A stretch of DNA of 64,000 nt from Paraspadella gotoi (lineage: Eukaryota > Animalia > Chaetognatha): contig CM119269.1 of the NCBI GenBank assembly GCA_051294375.1, forward strand, positions 17,470,265 through 17,534,264. The letters run 5' to 3'. The notes below the pieces were generated by a model that had not been told where the DNA came from, did no database searches, and worked only from the letters and a program-made list of their open reading frames with translations. The translations under genes were made by a program, and so were the position numbers. Positions 12,301 through 24,529 of the stretch are shown piece by piece; position 1 is the stretch's first letter; each line of letters opens with the position of its first letter.

Positions 12301-13257
12301 GACTTGTCCGGCCTTTTATTGACGGGGGTCTCCGTCGAGGGCCTCGCCCTCCTCCAGAATTTCGTCGACGCTACCGGCGACGTCCAGACGGCGTGCCTTC
12401 TCGTTTTTGCCGCCGCTTCGCCGCCCGCCGTCCGCGCCGACTCGAGGGTGAAGCGCTGGTGCGAGACTTACAGGTGATCGATGTTGCAGGGCCTGTTGGC
12501 TCTATTCTTCATTTTCGTATTCCATGGGATGTTCTTAGTGATTTTTAGCTGGCTTGTCTTCGTGGTTGCTTCAATTTATTCTGTCATTAATTCCCTTAGA
12601 TCCTTGCTCGATCAGTGGCGATTATGGCATCAACGAGCAGAGTTCGATGTTCAACGAAACCTTTTGGATCAAAACCATGATGTCGTCAAAAAGCAGGTTT
12701 GTGTGCTATCGGTTACTGAGGAAATCCAACTTTATGTTCATATCTCTATCTCATTCAGGTCCACATTATCTGTAACTTTTGTTCGAAGTCTGTGGCGGCG
12801 ACCTCCTCTTCGTCGTCATCGAAGGGCATTAGAGGTGGCGGCGCTGCCGGAAGTTCCTCCGGCTCCTCTCTCAGCCTTAAGTCCTGTATAACGAGTTGCA
12901 GCAATTGCAGGAAGCCGCTTCCTCGATGCGTTCTCTGTCAGGTTATTTCCATTGACTGTTTAGTATTTAGAAAATACGAAAATACGCCGTTATACATCTA
13001 TCTAGGTCAACATGGGCACCGCCCTTCCCCCATCGACGCCCACCTTCGATCAAGGGGCAGACACGGTCGTTTCTTTACCGACAGAAGGCGCTGGTGATCT
13101 TCGCTCCTGGTTTACGTGGTGTCAGAGTTGTCGTCACGGGGGACACGCCCACCACGTGGCCGAGTGGTTCGCCGGGCACAGCGAATGTCCCGTCACCCAA
13201 TGTGACTGTCACTGCGGAGCTACGGACGGCGGCTTGCGAGCGCCGCTCGGTAGTTGA
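6388..13257 (+). CDS. MIOS: GATOR2 complex protein MIOS (WD40 repeats, solenoid, C-terminal zinc-binding domains), multi-exon
   Basis: N-terminal WD40 (ELVPRYARPCNCVAWS..GLDKHRNE..LLIWDV), RDISFKMRERV, GEFERAAAVALFNL, DPYLRALFAFL, AGDLSGLLLTG, YRSLLDQWRLWHQRAEFD, CRKPLPRCVLC, WFTWCQSCRHGGHAHH..WF..HSECPVTQCDCHC. Confidence 0.95.
7830..8290 (+). repeat. Pyrimidine-rich minisatellite (~18-bp unit TTTCCTTTCTATTCTTTC) in a MIOS intron
   Basis: Visible periodicity; source of spurious F/S/L- and K/E/R-rich ORFs. Confidence 0.9.
8360..9153 (+). mobile_element. DINE-1/HINE-like element, family 1, second copy
   Basis: Same termini as 3869-4923 (ttagtcggatctgct..gcagatcc; gcagatccgacattgtttgctcaaacttgtt), GTCC/GTCT microsatellite, internal TAAT-rich tract instead of the 18-mer array. 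Confidence 0.8.
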
Positions 13258-13526
13258 TTGAGGCAATGATGCAGCCACACCTTATCCCATCGCATTTAAA
13301 GTCATTTACGTCATAAATTTGTTTGTTCTAAATTATTATGTAGTTGTTCGTTTTTGAATCAAAATATTTTTAGGATTCTGAATTGATTTTTATTAGCTGT
13401 AGTAGCAATCGTAATTAAACCGAAAGATACTTAGACTATGACGATGCCCGATCTCATTGGCCCTTGATCTCTTCACGTTCTTTGATCAGTCTTCGCACAT
13501 GAAAGTCACCATTACACAGCCAAAAA

Positions 13527-16500
13527 ATGTCAGATATTCCGAATCAGTTGTTGGAAGGAAAGATCCTCCCCGGCGCGTCGACCCTTCCCTCGCTTTCAAA
13601 CCAGCCTCAGCAAATGCTACCCGGTGGTTCTGGCCTGCCCTCCTTGTCTAGTCAGCCCCAGCAGATCATGCTGGTGCCTGCGACGCGGCCTCAAGCCCAA
13701 CCGGCGCAGCAAGTTGTTTACCATCAGGCACCGCCGCAGCAGCAGCCCGTCGTTTATCAGCAGCAAGTCATTGTGAATCCGTCGACACAGACGCAGCAAC
13801 ACTACATCTTGCAACCAGGAGGATTTGACTCAAATCAGGCCACTTATCAGGTCTAGGAATGTAGTAGTCAAAGAACTTAAGGAATTAAAGGCCACTTAGT
13901 AAATAAAAAACATTGTGCCATTCTTATTTATTTACATGAAATATTTTATTCACTTTAATTTGCAGGTAATACACCCGCAGACCGGAACCGTTCAAATTCT
14001 GGGTGCATCATCTGTCGCTCAGCCAATTCAGACAATCCTCCAGCCAACGACCTCTTTGGGATCTGCGGGCGGCGCTATTATTAAATGCGCCGCCGTAAAG
14101 ACGACCCAACCTTCGTCCAACTCTCCCTCCCTTCTTCAAGCCACCACTGCGTCGACCCCCACCACGCTCGGTTCCGCCAAGGTTTTCCTTCAATCGCCGA
14201 GACCTACCGGCCTCCAGCAACAGCCACCGACCGCGTCGAGGTCTGCTCAGCGTCAGATCATGCCACAACAGTTGCAGTTGCCACAACCGACGACGACTGT
14301 GGTCACGACCTCCCCCGGAATTCGCACGGTCGTATCGACGGCGCCAGCAGGGATGTCCGGAAAACAAATCCAAGTTCTCTCGCCACACACGGGAACTTGG
14401 AGTCCGGTGTCGCCGGCCCAATTTCAGTTGGCATCCTCGTTAAAGACGACCGTTCCGTCCTCAAGCGGATCGAACACTAAGCCGCAGCAAGTTAGGGTGC
14501 AACAGATGGGGGGTGGAGCCGGATCGTATCGCCTACTGCCTGCTTCGTCGCTGGTTGCGAGAGAACCGTCCAGGGTACGAATAACGGAAAATATTTATTT
14601 TATAATATTATGACGTCCTGTAAAATTTTTTTTTCAGTTGACAAAGACGTCGGATTTTGTTTCTGTCGACAGCGCCACAGCCAGAGTCGAGCCTCCGATC
14701 AAAGTTGTGCGCCCCAACTCCGCCGCCGCCTCTTTCTCTTTAACGTCCGCCGCACGGGCGTCCTTCTCGTCCTCTTCAAAATCCCCTCCTCCCCACGTCA
14801 CAACGTCCTCTAACCTCTTCACCTCGACTGCGACAACCGCCCCAGTCTCGGCAGAGAAGCCGTCGCTACAGCAACCGCGCGTGCAGATGCAGCCGACGTC
14901 ACTCCTCGACGATCTGGCGACGAAGGCTCCAATGCCGCAGGGAGTTGAAGAGATATTGACGTCCGGCAACTCTTCTTCCGTCGAAGAATCGAGCTTAGAA
15001 GAGAGCGAGTCAGCGACGGAGATAATTTCAGAAGGTTTGTATCCTTGTCCGCTAATTTTCACTTCCGTTACCATAAATTTGATAATGGTTGTCAGGCGTG
15101 GTGGAAACATCAGTGGAGTGCGGGTCTGGTTTCGAGGACATCACCACCCTGATGGACTGGAACTCGGAGGGCGTCGCCTCTTTGCCAGGAAGCGACATCA
15201 AATTCAAAATAAACGAATTCGGGATGCTGGAAATGATTGATCTCAAGATGGTAAGAAAAGTTTCTCTACCTATGTACATAATTTCCAAATTTATTTTTTA
15301 AAAACGTTTCTTCAACTTAACTGATATTGTATTTTGACTTTCTTTTTTGCTATTTAAAATAGTTTAGAGATGAAACGAAAAATTCGTTGTTATAGCAATT
15401 TTTATTTTTATTATTGTACATGTTTCGACTCTTAGTGTTACGAGTCTTCATCAGCAAGACTCGTAACACTAAGAGTCGAAACATGTACAATAATAAAAAA
15501 AAAAAAATTGCTATTACAACGAATTTTTCGTTTCATCTCTAAACTTAACTGCTATAATCTTCTCCGTTCAGGACGCTGGGGTTAAACCCCACTCCCATCC
15601 TCCTCGCGTGGAGACGGAAGAGTCTCTCAAAGAGGAGGTGGTGATTGAAGAGTCCGGAGTGGCCAACGAGTGGGTCGTTGTCGGCGGCGGCGAATCCCTC
15701 CGCTCCGTTCCGCAAATCGGCATCGCCGAATCGGTACTACACGACGTCGCAGACGGCACAGCAACGGGCGGCGTTGACATTGATCTTGCGGACCTTGAAT
15801 GCGGCGCCGCTCTAGACGAGGACGCTCCCGTGCTCTCGCAGGAGACGGACGTCGTGCCCGAATCAGCGGCGTCATCGTTGGGCGATAAGTTGCCCGCTTT
15901 GTCCGTCACCGCCCCCGCGTCCGCCCTGGTGTCGGAAAACGACATCTGTCAATGCGCCGTTTGCGGTTGTTACGGCATCAACCAAGAGTTTTTGGACGGA
16001 GACGGCGTCTTCTTTTGCTCTCAATATTGCAAGGGTAAATCTATTTTTTGGTGGGGAGGGGGCGAGGGGGTCTATGAGGCGAAACTAGAACCTAAAAGGC
16101 TTTTTCTCTCCCTTTTTCATTTAAAAAGATAAACGTGATGCCTCGTCGTCGTCCTCGAAAAAGTCATTTCCTCGCCCCGACAAGGTCGGCACAGAAATTT
16201 ACCAGTGTCAAGAGTGCGGCTGCTATGGTCTTCATCAAGAGTTTCTTATCTCTGAAGGACTTTTCTTTTGCTCGACAAATTGTAAAGGTTTGCAAATAAT
16301 TTTTGGGTGTAACTATGTTTTTTTGTTTTTTTTTCGTGGTCCCGACTTTCGCTTTTGAGAGAGAGCCTGGCTAAATTGTTTAACCGCCCCTTTTCTTCCT
16401 CTCAGACAAAAATGAGTCCCTGCATGTCCCGGCGAAGAAGGCTCGAACTGACAAGGAGTCGTCTCCTCTCCCGCCGAAACTCTGCTCTGACTCTCCCCTC

Positions 16501-19500
16501 CTCCCGCCCAAACTCGTTGCCTCCGCTTCTCCCACCCCTTCTCTTGTTTCCAACGATTCCAACAACGAAGCCGCGACGGCCTCCTCCTCTTCCTCTGCCT
16601 CCTCTCTCTCGACAGGGAGCAAAAACGCCCTCGGACAATCCAGGTGATGATCGATGATCGATGATCGATTCATGATTCAACGATTACCGTCCCTGTATTG
16701 ATTTTCGCGTCCATTTCCCAGCTTCGCTTGGACTCAATATGTGGAGGCGGAAGGCGGATCCTTGGCGCCAATTAAACTGTTCAAAAATCACTTTGACGAA
16801 GAGGCCTTTCCCACGGTCAAGAACGGCTTCAGAGTCGGGATGAGACTCGAAGCCATCGACCCCAAGCACCAGTCCATGCTCTGTTTGGTGAGAATGGGTG
16901 TCCATTTTGTAGTTTCGTTCGGAGTTGGTACTAGTGAATTCCGTTCCCCAGGTAAGCGTGGCCGAGGTGCGCGCTTGTCGCCTGCGTCTTCACTTTGACG
17001 GTTATCCAGACAATCACGACGTTTGGGTCAACTTTGATTCCCCCAACATTTTTCCCCTTGGCTGGTGCGACCGGAACAACAAGCTATTGCACCCTCCCAA
17101 AGAGTTCGCCAATGCCGACCTCTCGAGCGGCAAGACTTTTTCTTGGCAGGTGAGTGCTTTATGAGAGGCCTTTTTTGGCAGTTTACTTGACGAAAAAGAA
17201 TTCCGTCGACTATTAATCGTTAAAATCACTGAAAAATTGATAAATTATGGCAACAGTCGGGTTGCCTGTGATGCCCATTGGGATGGGGGCATCTCACTGT
17301 TTGCTTTGGGGGCTTCCGACCCTTAGTGACGCATCCAGTCACTGGCGCCAACACAACGCCTGGGATGGTGTGTTCCCCCTCTGAGCCAATGGTATTGGCT
17401 GAACGATGGTAGCCGTGATGTGGTGTGAATATACCGCCACAAAATTCGATGTTCTGATTCGTTTTCCCGTCAGAATTACATAAAAGATTTGCGAGCGACG
17501 GCGGCGCCGCGGTCCCTCTTTCCTCACCTCCGCGAAAAGGGCGAGAAGGCGCTGACTCCCATCGGATTCCGCGTTGGGATGAAGTTGGAGGCACTCGACG
17601 TCCTCTCGCCCGACAGGGACGTTTGCGTCGCGTCCGTCGCGGACATCCTCGCTCACGACAACCGGTAAAACGCAGATGTGCACCCTTTCCATCTTTTTTC
17701 TCAAGGTGATTAATTGGCCTCTTATCCTAGTTTTCTCATCCACTTGGATGGGAAAGACGCCCGACACGACTATTGGGCGGAAGCCACGTCCTCCAATCTT
17801 CACCCGGTGGATTGGTGCAAGACCAACGGGCAGAAACTCGTCAAGCCCCTCGATTTTCAGGGTAAATTTAATATTGCAGTTTTTAAAAGGTTTTTGGCGT
17901 AGTAACTTTAACTTTAACCCCCACGCGTTACAGGGGAATTCGACTGGACAACCTATCTAACTCGAACGGCGTCACTTCCTGTTCCGGCGCGCGCCTTCAA
18001 GATTCGACCGATTTCTGGCTTTCGGGTCGGCGCCAAGTTGGAGGCGGTTGATCCTCTCAACCCGATCCTCATCCGCGTCGCGACTGTCGTCGACATTTGG
18101 ACGTCAAAACTCAAACTACACTTTGACGGCTGGTCGGAGGAGTACGACTTTTGGGTGAGGTTTTACTATTCACATACTTTGCCAGTTTTCGAAAAATATA
18201 TGTTAGAGGGTGATTGTTGTGGTTGTGATTGTTTAGATGATGTTCCACAAGGAATTGTCTCCATAATATAGATTATTATTAGGTAGTGTTATGATTAGTA
18301 TCCACTTTCCTTTTTCCCCAGGTGGAGGAGTCTTCCCCTGAGATTCACCCTCCCGGATGGTGCGCCAAAACATGCCATCCTTTGCAATTCCCGGTCAACA
18401 TGTCTAAGTCTCCCGATGACTATCCCGCGCCTCCGGGCGTGCCGGGAGCCGAGTACTGCCCGACGCCCGGTTGCCAAGGACTAGGTCATCTCAACAATTG
18501 GCACGATCGCCACTACAACATCCTCAACTGTCCCTACTTTAAACTGAGGCAGGATAAAACTCTCGAGGAAGATCGCGTCACCAACGAGCCCATCCCGCCC
18601 ACGCCGCAGTTCCAGGTCAAGGGACGCGGAAAGCTGGAGAATCGTTGGGTAAAGCCCTCTCGATCCGGCGACGCGGCCTCCGCCGGCTCCTCCTCGCTGG
18701 AAACTCCCAAGTTGGAGATTGTCAACGGAGGCGGGGACGAGGCGGCGATGAACGGCGTCGTCGAAGTCAACGGAAGAAGGGGGTCCGTGACGATGCCGGC
18801 ACTGGTAAGTAGTTCCCGTTTAAAGTTTTCGCTTTAGGTTTTATTTTTGCTTTTTATTTTTTCCCTGTCCGTGTCCAACTGTCCATTCTCCATTCCAACT
18901 TTTGCATTCTCTTCCCCCGCCAATAGGTGAACCAACGCCACGGTCCTCCGACACCTCCGCCCGAGTCGGAGCACCCCTTCGCCCATGGCGTCCAGTTGCA
19001 TCGCCCTCCCTCCGTGGTCGCTGCCTCGGTGCACCACTCGGTTTTCTCGCCTCCCTTCCTTCCGCCGCCGCCGCCGGACGTACCTCTCTGCTGGCAGCAT
19101 CAAAGCAATTTGCTTCCTGGTGAGTACAGCAGAGTAAAGAAACGAACAACAGTTTACATTTATTTAGGACTAGCTAATGTAATGTTAATGTTAAAATTAA
19201 CTGATTAACTGACCTTTTTGAAATGTATGTAAACTCGAAAAATTCATGAAGGGTCATTTTAAACGTTATATTATAGTTCATTCACCAATTGCTTTCATTA
19301 ATTTTTTGAAAGGGGTTTCAACGATCTCCAAGGCGGGTCACGAGGCTATTACAAAATGGTCGCCTGAGGACGTGAGCGCTTTCGTCGCCAACATCCCTGG
19401 GTGCGAGTCTTTCGGGCAACTATTCGAGGAACAGGCCATAGACGGCGAGGCGCTGCTCCTGCTTAACCAGGAGGATATGGTCAACATCATGGGTATCAAG

Positions 19501-19605
19501 CTGGGCCCCGCCGTCAAGATTTACAACGCTATCGTCATCCTTAAGAACAAGGGCGAGATTCCTCCCCCGCCGCTCCCGTGCATATATCGGCTCAAGTGCC
19601 CGTAG
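13527..19605 (+). CDS. L3MBTL: Lethal(3)malignant brain tumor-like protein (Q/S-rich N-terminus, two FCS-like fingers, three MBT repeats, C2HC finger, SAM)
   Basis: LPGSDIKFKINEFGMLE motif; MBT repeats FRVGMRLEAIDP, FRVGMKLEALD, FRVGAKLEAVDP with HFDGW/Y and IHPPGWC; CPTPGCQGLGH finger; SAM WSPEDV..EQAIDGEALLLL..MGIKLGPAVKIYNAI. Start codon less certain than the domains. Confidence 0.92.
15361..15545. repeat. Near-perfect foldback (~89-bp arms, 7-nt loop CATCAGC) built from a hammerhead-bearing terminal repeat
   Basis: agtttagagatgaaacg...cgagtctt CATCAGC aagactcg...cgtttcatctctaaact, with only a few mismatches. Confidence 0.9.
15414..15457 (-). ncRNA. Minimal type I hammerhead ribozyme motif, copy B
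   Basis: Minus strand reads ttg-CTGATGA-a-gactc(gtaacactaa)gagtc-GAAA-catGTA-caa. Confidence 0.82.
17246..17441 (+). mobile_element. Hairpin-rich short element with 4-bp TSD (AAAT), termini TATGGC...GCCACA; internally deleted copy
   Basis: Flanked by AAAT (17242-17245, 17442-17445); closely matches the reverse complement of 38413-38667 apart from a ~60-nt deletion. Confidence 0.85.
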
Positions 19606-19833
19606 CTTTAGAAGCGAAGAAATGCGAATAACTCAAGATCGAGATTTTTTTTTTAGTATTCTGTGCTACCAGTTTAATTCGAGTCATTCCTTCTTCCTAT
19701 TCATCTTGTCGTTTTATCATTTCTTGCTCTTTTTCTCACTCACTCGCACAGTCTCATTTTCTTGTTGTTGCTTTTTTTTTGTCTCTAGAATTTTGATTTA
19801 TTCTTAAAACTGTGCCCTTACGGCCTTTCAAAA

Positions 19834-21735
19834 ATGAATCTGGCCTACTTACCCATGGGCTCCATGCAATTGGGGCCCAACGGCGAACTAATTCCTACTT
19901 CGATGCCGCCCTCGTTCTCCGCCACGCCCGCTTCCGGTAATAATCGTGCTAAAACTTTAAGGATATGATAACCACGTTTTATCCTGGTACCTGCAAAAGC
20001 TTATTCGGTTTGCTCCTCTAAGGATCCGGTTGGAAAATGTCCGAATTGGCCCCCGTCTATTCCTCGGGACATTCTTTCGCTGTGATGGAACCACTCGCCG
20101 TCTCTTCCACGCAGGGGCACCAGATGGTTCAGCTGGGCCACTTGGGTTCCAACGTGGTCACCAACGGCGCCCCTCAGATCATTCAGACAGCTAACGGGCA
20201 GTTGCTCCAGGTTCTTCAACAGCCTCAGGTTAAAAATAAATGGCGGGAACTTGATAAACCGTAGAGCGATTGGGGGAAGTAAGATGGGACGCTTTGCCCT
20301 CACAGGTCCAAATTCAGCAACCCACCGAGAAAGTCCGAGGTCAGCAAGGAATTTCTCATTCCCAACACCTTATTCACGCGAACCACGTGCAGCCACATCA
20401 ACAGTCGATTCAACAACAACAACAACAGCACCAGCACCACATTCAGCCTACACAAATTCTACAGCAACCTCAACAAGTCGCCGTCGCGCAGCCGCTGCAC
20501 GCCTCCGCTGAGGGGCTTTCGGGTGTGACAGTTATTAAGCTCGAAACTCTCGCGCAGCATCAACAGCCGCAGCCACAAACTCAGCAGCAATCGCATACTC
20601 AGCCACAAAACCACCAACTGCTGCAACCAACGCCGACCTTGGAAGAACCAAAACCAAAGAAAAAGAAAAAAAAGAAAGAGACGGAATCCGAGTCCCGTCC
20701 GACGCCGTCTGTGCCCGAGTCTACGCGAACGACTGCGTCGCCCCAGCAGGAATCCTCCTGGAGCTGCGAGACCTGCGGCAAAATGTTCCAAAACCGCTTT
20801 AATTTGAAGCGACACCGCATGGGCGTACACGGCTCCGATGATCTCCCCGTCCACCGCTGCGATCTCTGCGACAAGGCATTTAACTACAGCGACAACCTCC
20901 GACGCCACCGGAAAAACATGCACGGCCTTGGACTCGACGAGGCCGAGGAAATAGAGAGCAAATACGTTCCGCAGTCAGACCAGTCCGGGATAGACCAGGT
21001 GAGCAAAAGGGGGGGGACACCGTTTATTGAGGTAAAAGCTATTATATTATTTTGCCATTGATATTGTATTTAATTAGGTGCAACAACTCGGGTCGGAGAA
21101 GACGACCAACGAACTTTCCCAGGGCTTACATTCCGAAGAAAAATCTACGAAGTCGTACAAATGCGAACAATGTGATAAGGTGCTGCAGAGCAAATACAAC
21201 TTGAAGCGTCATAATGTGAGTTCAATCTTTACTTGTATTATGTATTTTAAGTTTAGGTTGTTTAACTGATGGCGTTCCCATCGACGAAATTGAGTTTAAA
21301 AAGTATAAATATAATGTAAATAATGTAAATAAAATGCAAATATTCGAAATCTTATCGGCAAGTTTCTTTTTTGATTCTTTCCTTTCTCTCTTTCAGCTCG
21401 CCGTCCACAAGGACACGCGCATCCTTTACGGCTGCGACGAGTGCGAAAAAAACTTCACCAGCATCACTAATTATCGGCGGCACAAGATCATGATCCACGG
21501 AGACGGAAAAAAGAACTACTACTGCGATAAGTGCGATAAGCATTTGGCCAGCAAGGACGGTCTGAGGAGACACATGGAGTCCGTACACGAGACCTTAGGA
21601 AAGAACTTCGAGTGCCTCATTTGCGGCAATAAGTTTCTGCGAAAGGAATACCTGGCCAAACACGCCAAGACTCACGAGTTCAACTACGACATTTTACCCG
21701 CCGACACCACGATATCGAGCACGAGCCTTCTTTAG
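19834..21735 (+). CDS. Q-rich C2H2 zinc-finger protein with six fingers (5 exons)
   Basis: ATG 19834 (MNLAYLPMG...); fingers CETC..HRMGVH, CDLC..HRKNMH, CEQC..HNLAVH (split by an intron), CDEC..HKIMIH, CDKC..HMESVH, CLIC..HAKTH; basic KPKKKKKK stretch. Confidence 0.88.
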
Positions 21736-22560
21736 TTGTGCAATTTTTGGGACTGGGGACAAGATGTGTATATGTCGTCTTAATTGTAATTTTATTTTAT
21801 ATCAATATAAGCTTAATTTTATGTTTTCGTCTTCATATTTGAGAGTTTCGCCCTTGTTTGAGTGCGTAGTCTGTCTCATGTTTTTTCACGTTGTAACAAA
21901 AACAGAGCAGAATTAGCAATTATGGAAGGGCATCTTTTGAATTTTCATATGTTGTGACCGTTTGAAATCCGTTGCGAAGTCTCCTTGGTTGTGAAGATAA
22001 CGTTGAGACCTAAATGAAATTAATTATAATTTTATTTATCGCTTTACGGAGAGATATCAATTAATCCAAAAATTTTTGCGTCGGTTTTCAAGTGGTTTCC
22101 TTCGGTTCTTCATTTAGGTTATTATTTATATAAGATTTTCAAGCCTTATATTATTCTGAGCTAGGATTGTCATTCATTTAGTTGTTAACCGCTGAAATAA
22201 CAACTGTTCTCGTACCGTCCAAAGAGGGTGCAAAAAAAAACCCAACCTCTTTTAAATCTAAAACGACCGCTTCTCAATCCGAAAGAGCGAAACTGAATCA
22301 TGTTCTAACCATTCCTAAAAATTTTTCTTCGTTTTTTATGAAGTAATTATGGGATAGTCGCTTAAACGATTAATCCAGAATTTTTGTAAATAAAATAAAA
22401 CAAACTATTGAATTACATGCCTCCATTTGATGTTATTTTTATACTACCACCAAAAAAAGCTTCGTTAATTGTCAAAATGTTGTTGACTGCCGGAACGCCG
22501 GTTGAATCTGTAGGACTATAAAAAAAGCTAGGATCCCATATCCAAGTATTCCCCCCACCG

Positions 22561-24470
22561 ATGCCCCGAGATGCCGCTCCCCCTCCCTCTTCCCTCCACG
22601 ACTTAAACCGTGTGGATCGCGTCTCATTCCTCCAACAAATCTTCGCCGACTTTCTCGAACTCTCCTGCAACGCCCTTCTCTTTCACCGCGGGGTCTACCC
22701 CGCTGGAGTCTTTCGTCAAAAGCGAAAGTACAGAGTTCCTGTCCGCGTAGCTTCTCACCCGGAAGTTGCAGAGTACCTGAGAGAGACATTGAAGGCGAGT
22801 AGGATCGTTCTGATGATGCGAAGAGGTTACTGGGATGAAAAAATTATTGAGATACCTCAAATAGATAGTCCGGTAATTAAATGTCCATGCTAATTATAAA
22901 ATATTCTTTAGCTAAACGTGCTTAGTAGTTAACAAACAATAGGAAGTTGAAAACTAAAGATTTTACACTACAAACTTTTAATCGTTGTAAACTTAAATGG
23001 GTAAAATTTTATTTTCGCCGACCGGGGTTTTGGCGTTTTTTGAAAAATTATTTAAAAATATTAATTATATTATTTAATATATAAATAATATTATATTTAT
23101 TAAATAAACCCTTTTAACCCTAACTAACCCTAACCCCGATCGGCCTTAGTAAAATTATGCCAGCTGAGGAATGATACTTCTCCTTAACTCATTTTTAAAT
23201 TGATGCGAAAAGAAGTAGATTAAATTAAGCTAGAAAAATATCAGGAAAATATCTTGAACTTAGCTTCCCCTTCTCAGAGCGTCACGCCTCATTTGGCAAA
23301 CGGTTCCATTCCGCGCCTCCACTTTCGCATACTCGCCGCTGACGGCGCCGTCGTCGAGGATTTTCATTTTCGGTTCCGCGTCGTCACCGCGCGAGAGGAT
23401 TCTCTCTCGTTGCGCGACATTCGCCTCGACGAAATCGAAGAATCATTCAGGGCGTTTTTGTTGAGGATTCCATCCCTCGATTCCATTTTGAAGGTTAAAA
23501 ACTTTTAGCGTTTTATAAGTTCAATCTTTAACTAATCACGCTCTTTATGTATTTTACGTATTTTCAGTCTTTAAATCCCAAAGAAGATTGGAGCTTTGAG
23601 ATCGAAATAGAAGCGAACCCTGTGCTAACGAGTGAGTTGGAACATCCGGAGCGGCTCGACGATCTTATTTGGGTCCACCCTCCTCGCGATGAAAGCTTTG
23701 ACAAACGGCGAGCGTCTTCGTCGAAGCCAACCAACACGGGCGACACTGTCGGGTGCTCCGACATAGTTATCTTTCCAGTCGGCACCTTCGTCTCCGACGG
23801 CGACGCCGCTTTTAAAGTCGTTGCCTTCGTCAAAGAATTTCGCGTCGCTAAGGAAACCGTCGACGGCAAGGATTTCAAGGAGAAAGAAGAAGATCTAGAC
23901 GCGGTGACGGAGGAGGCGTGGGGGTGGATCGAGAAGGATCCGTTGGCAACTCTTGAGCTGGGAATCGGACCTGGACCTTCGCGGGTCAAGAGAGAAACGA
24001 GTCAGATCGGTGACGAATCTAAGAGATTCAAAGAAGAATCTCCTTGGTTTGAAGAATCGCCGCTCGTCAAGGAAGAAGCTTCGATCTTTGAAACCAAATC
24101 GGTCGCCGACGAGGCTCTTGAGGGATTCGAATCGTTGGAATCGAAGGGGCGACTTTCTAAAGCCTTCGACGGGAAAAACGTTAAAGGATCTCGAAAGTCT
24201 GGAATCGAAGAAGAAAAATTAAATATTGAAAAAGTTTCTGAGAAGGGAAATGGTGGAACGTTAGAAGGAAATAAAAGCGATGGCGCAAAAGTTTCCGGGT
24301 CGCCTCGAAAAGTCCGAATCGACGGCCAAGGCGACCATGAAGCCTTCGGAAGTTTGAAGGAGGACGAAGACGAGGAGGAGGAAGAGGAAGTAATTCACGC
24401 GACTCCAGAGACCAAGAAAAAAAGGTTTTCACTCAGAAGTTCGAGGTCCAGTTCCGATTGGTTGGACTGA
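22561..24470 (+). CDS. MAD2L2: REV7/MAD2L2 HORMA-domain protein with long acidic C-terminal extension (3 exons)
   Basis: IFADFLELSCNALLFHRGVYPAGVFRQKRKYRVPVRVASHPEVAEYL matches the REV7 N-terminus (YP.GIF.KRKKY.VPV..S.HP); later IEESFRAFLLRI. Exons about 22561-22794, 23278-23493, 23568-24470. Confidence 0.88.
22998..23161. mobile_element. Small palindromic MITE containing TAACCC repeats
   Basis: TIR-like ttttattttcgccgaccgggg / ccccgatcggcc..agtaaaa; internal taaccctaactaaccctaaccc; related to 35145-35282. Confidence 0.65.
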
Positions 24471-24529
24471 TAAAGGCTTGGTTGGATTCTAATCGGACTC
24501 TCATCGATTCGACTGGATCAGTGATTACC

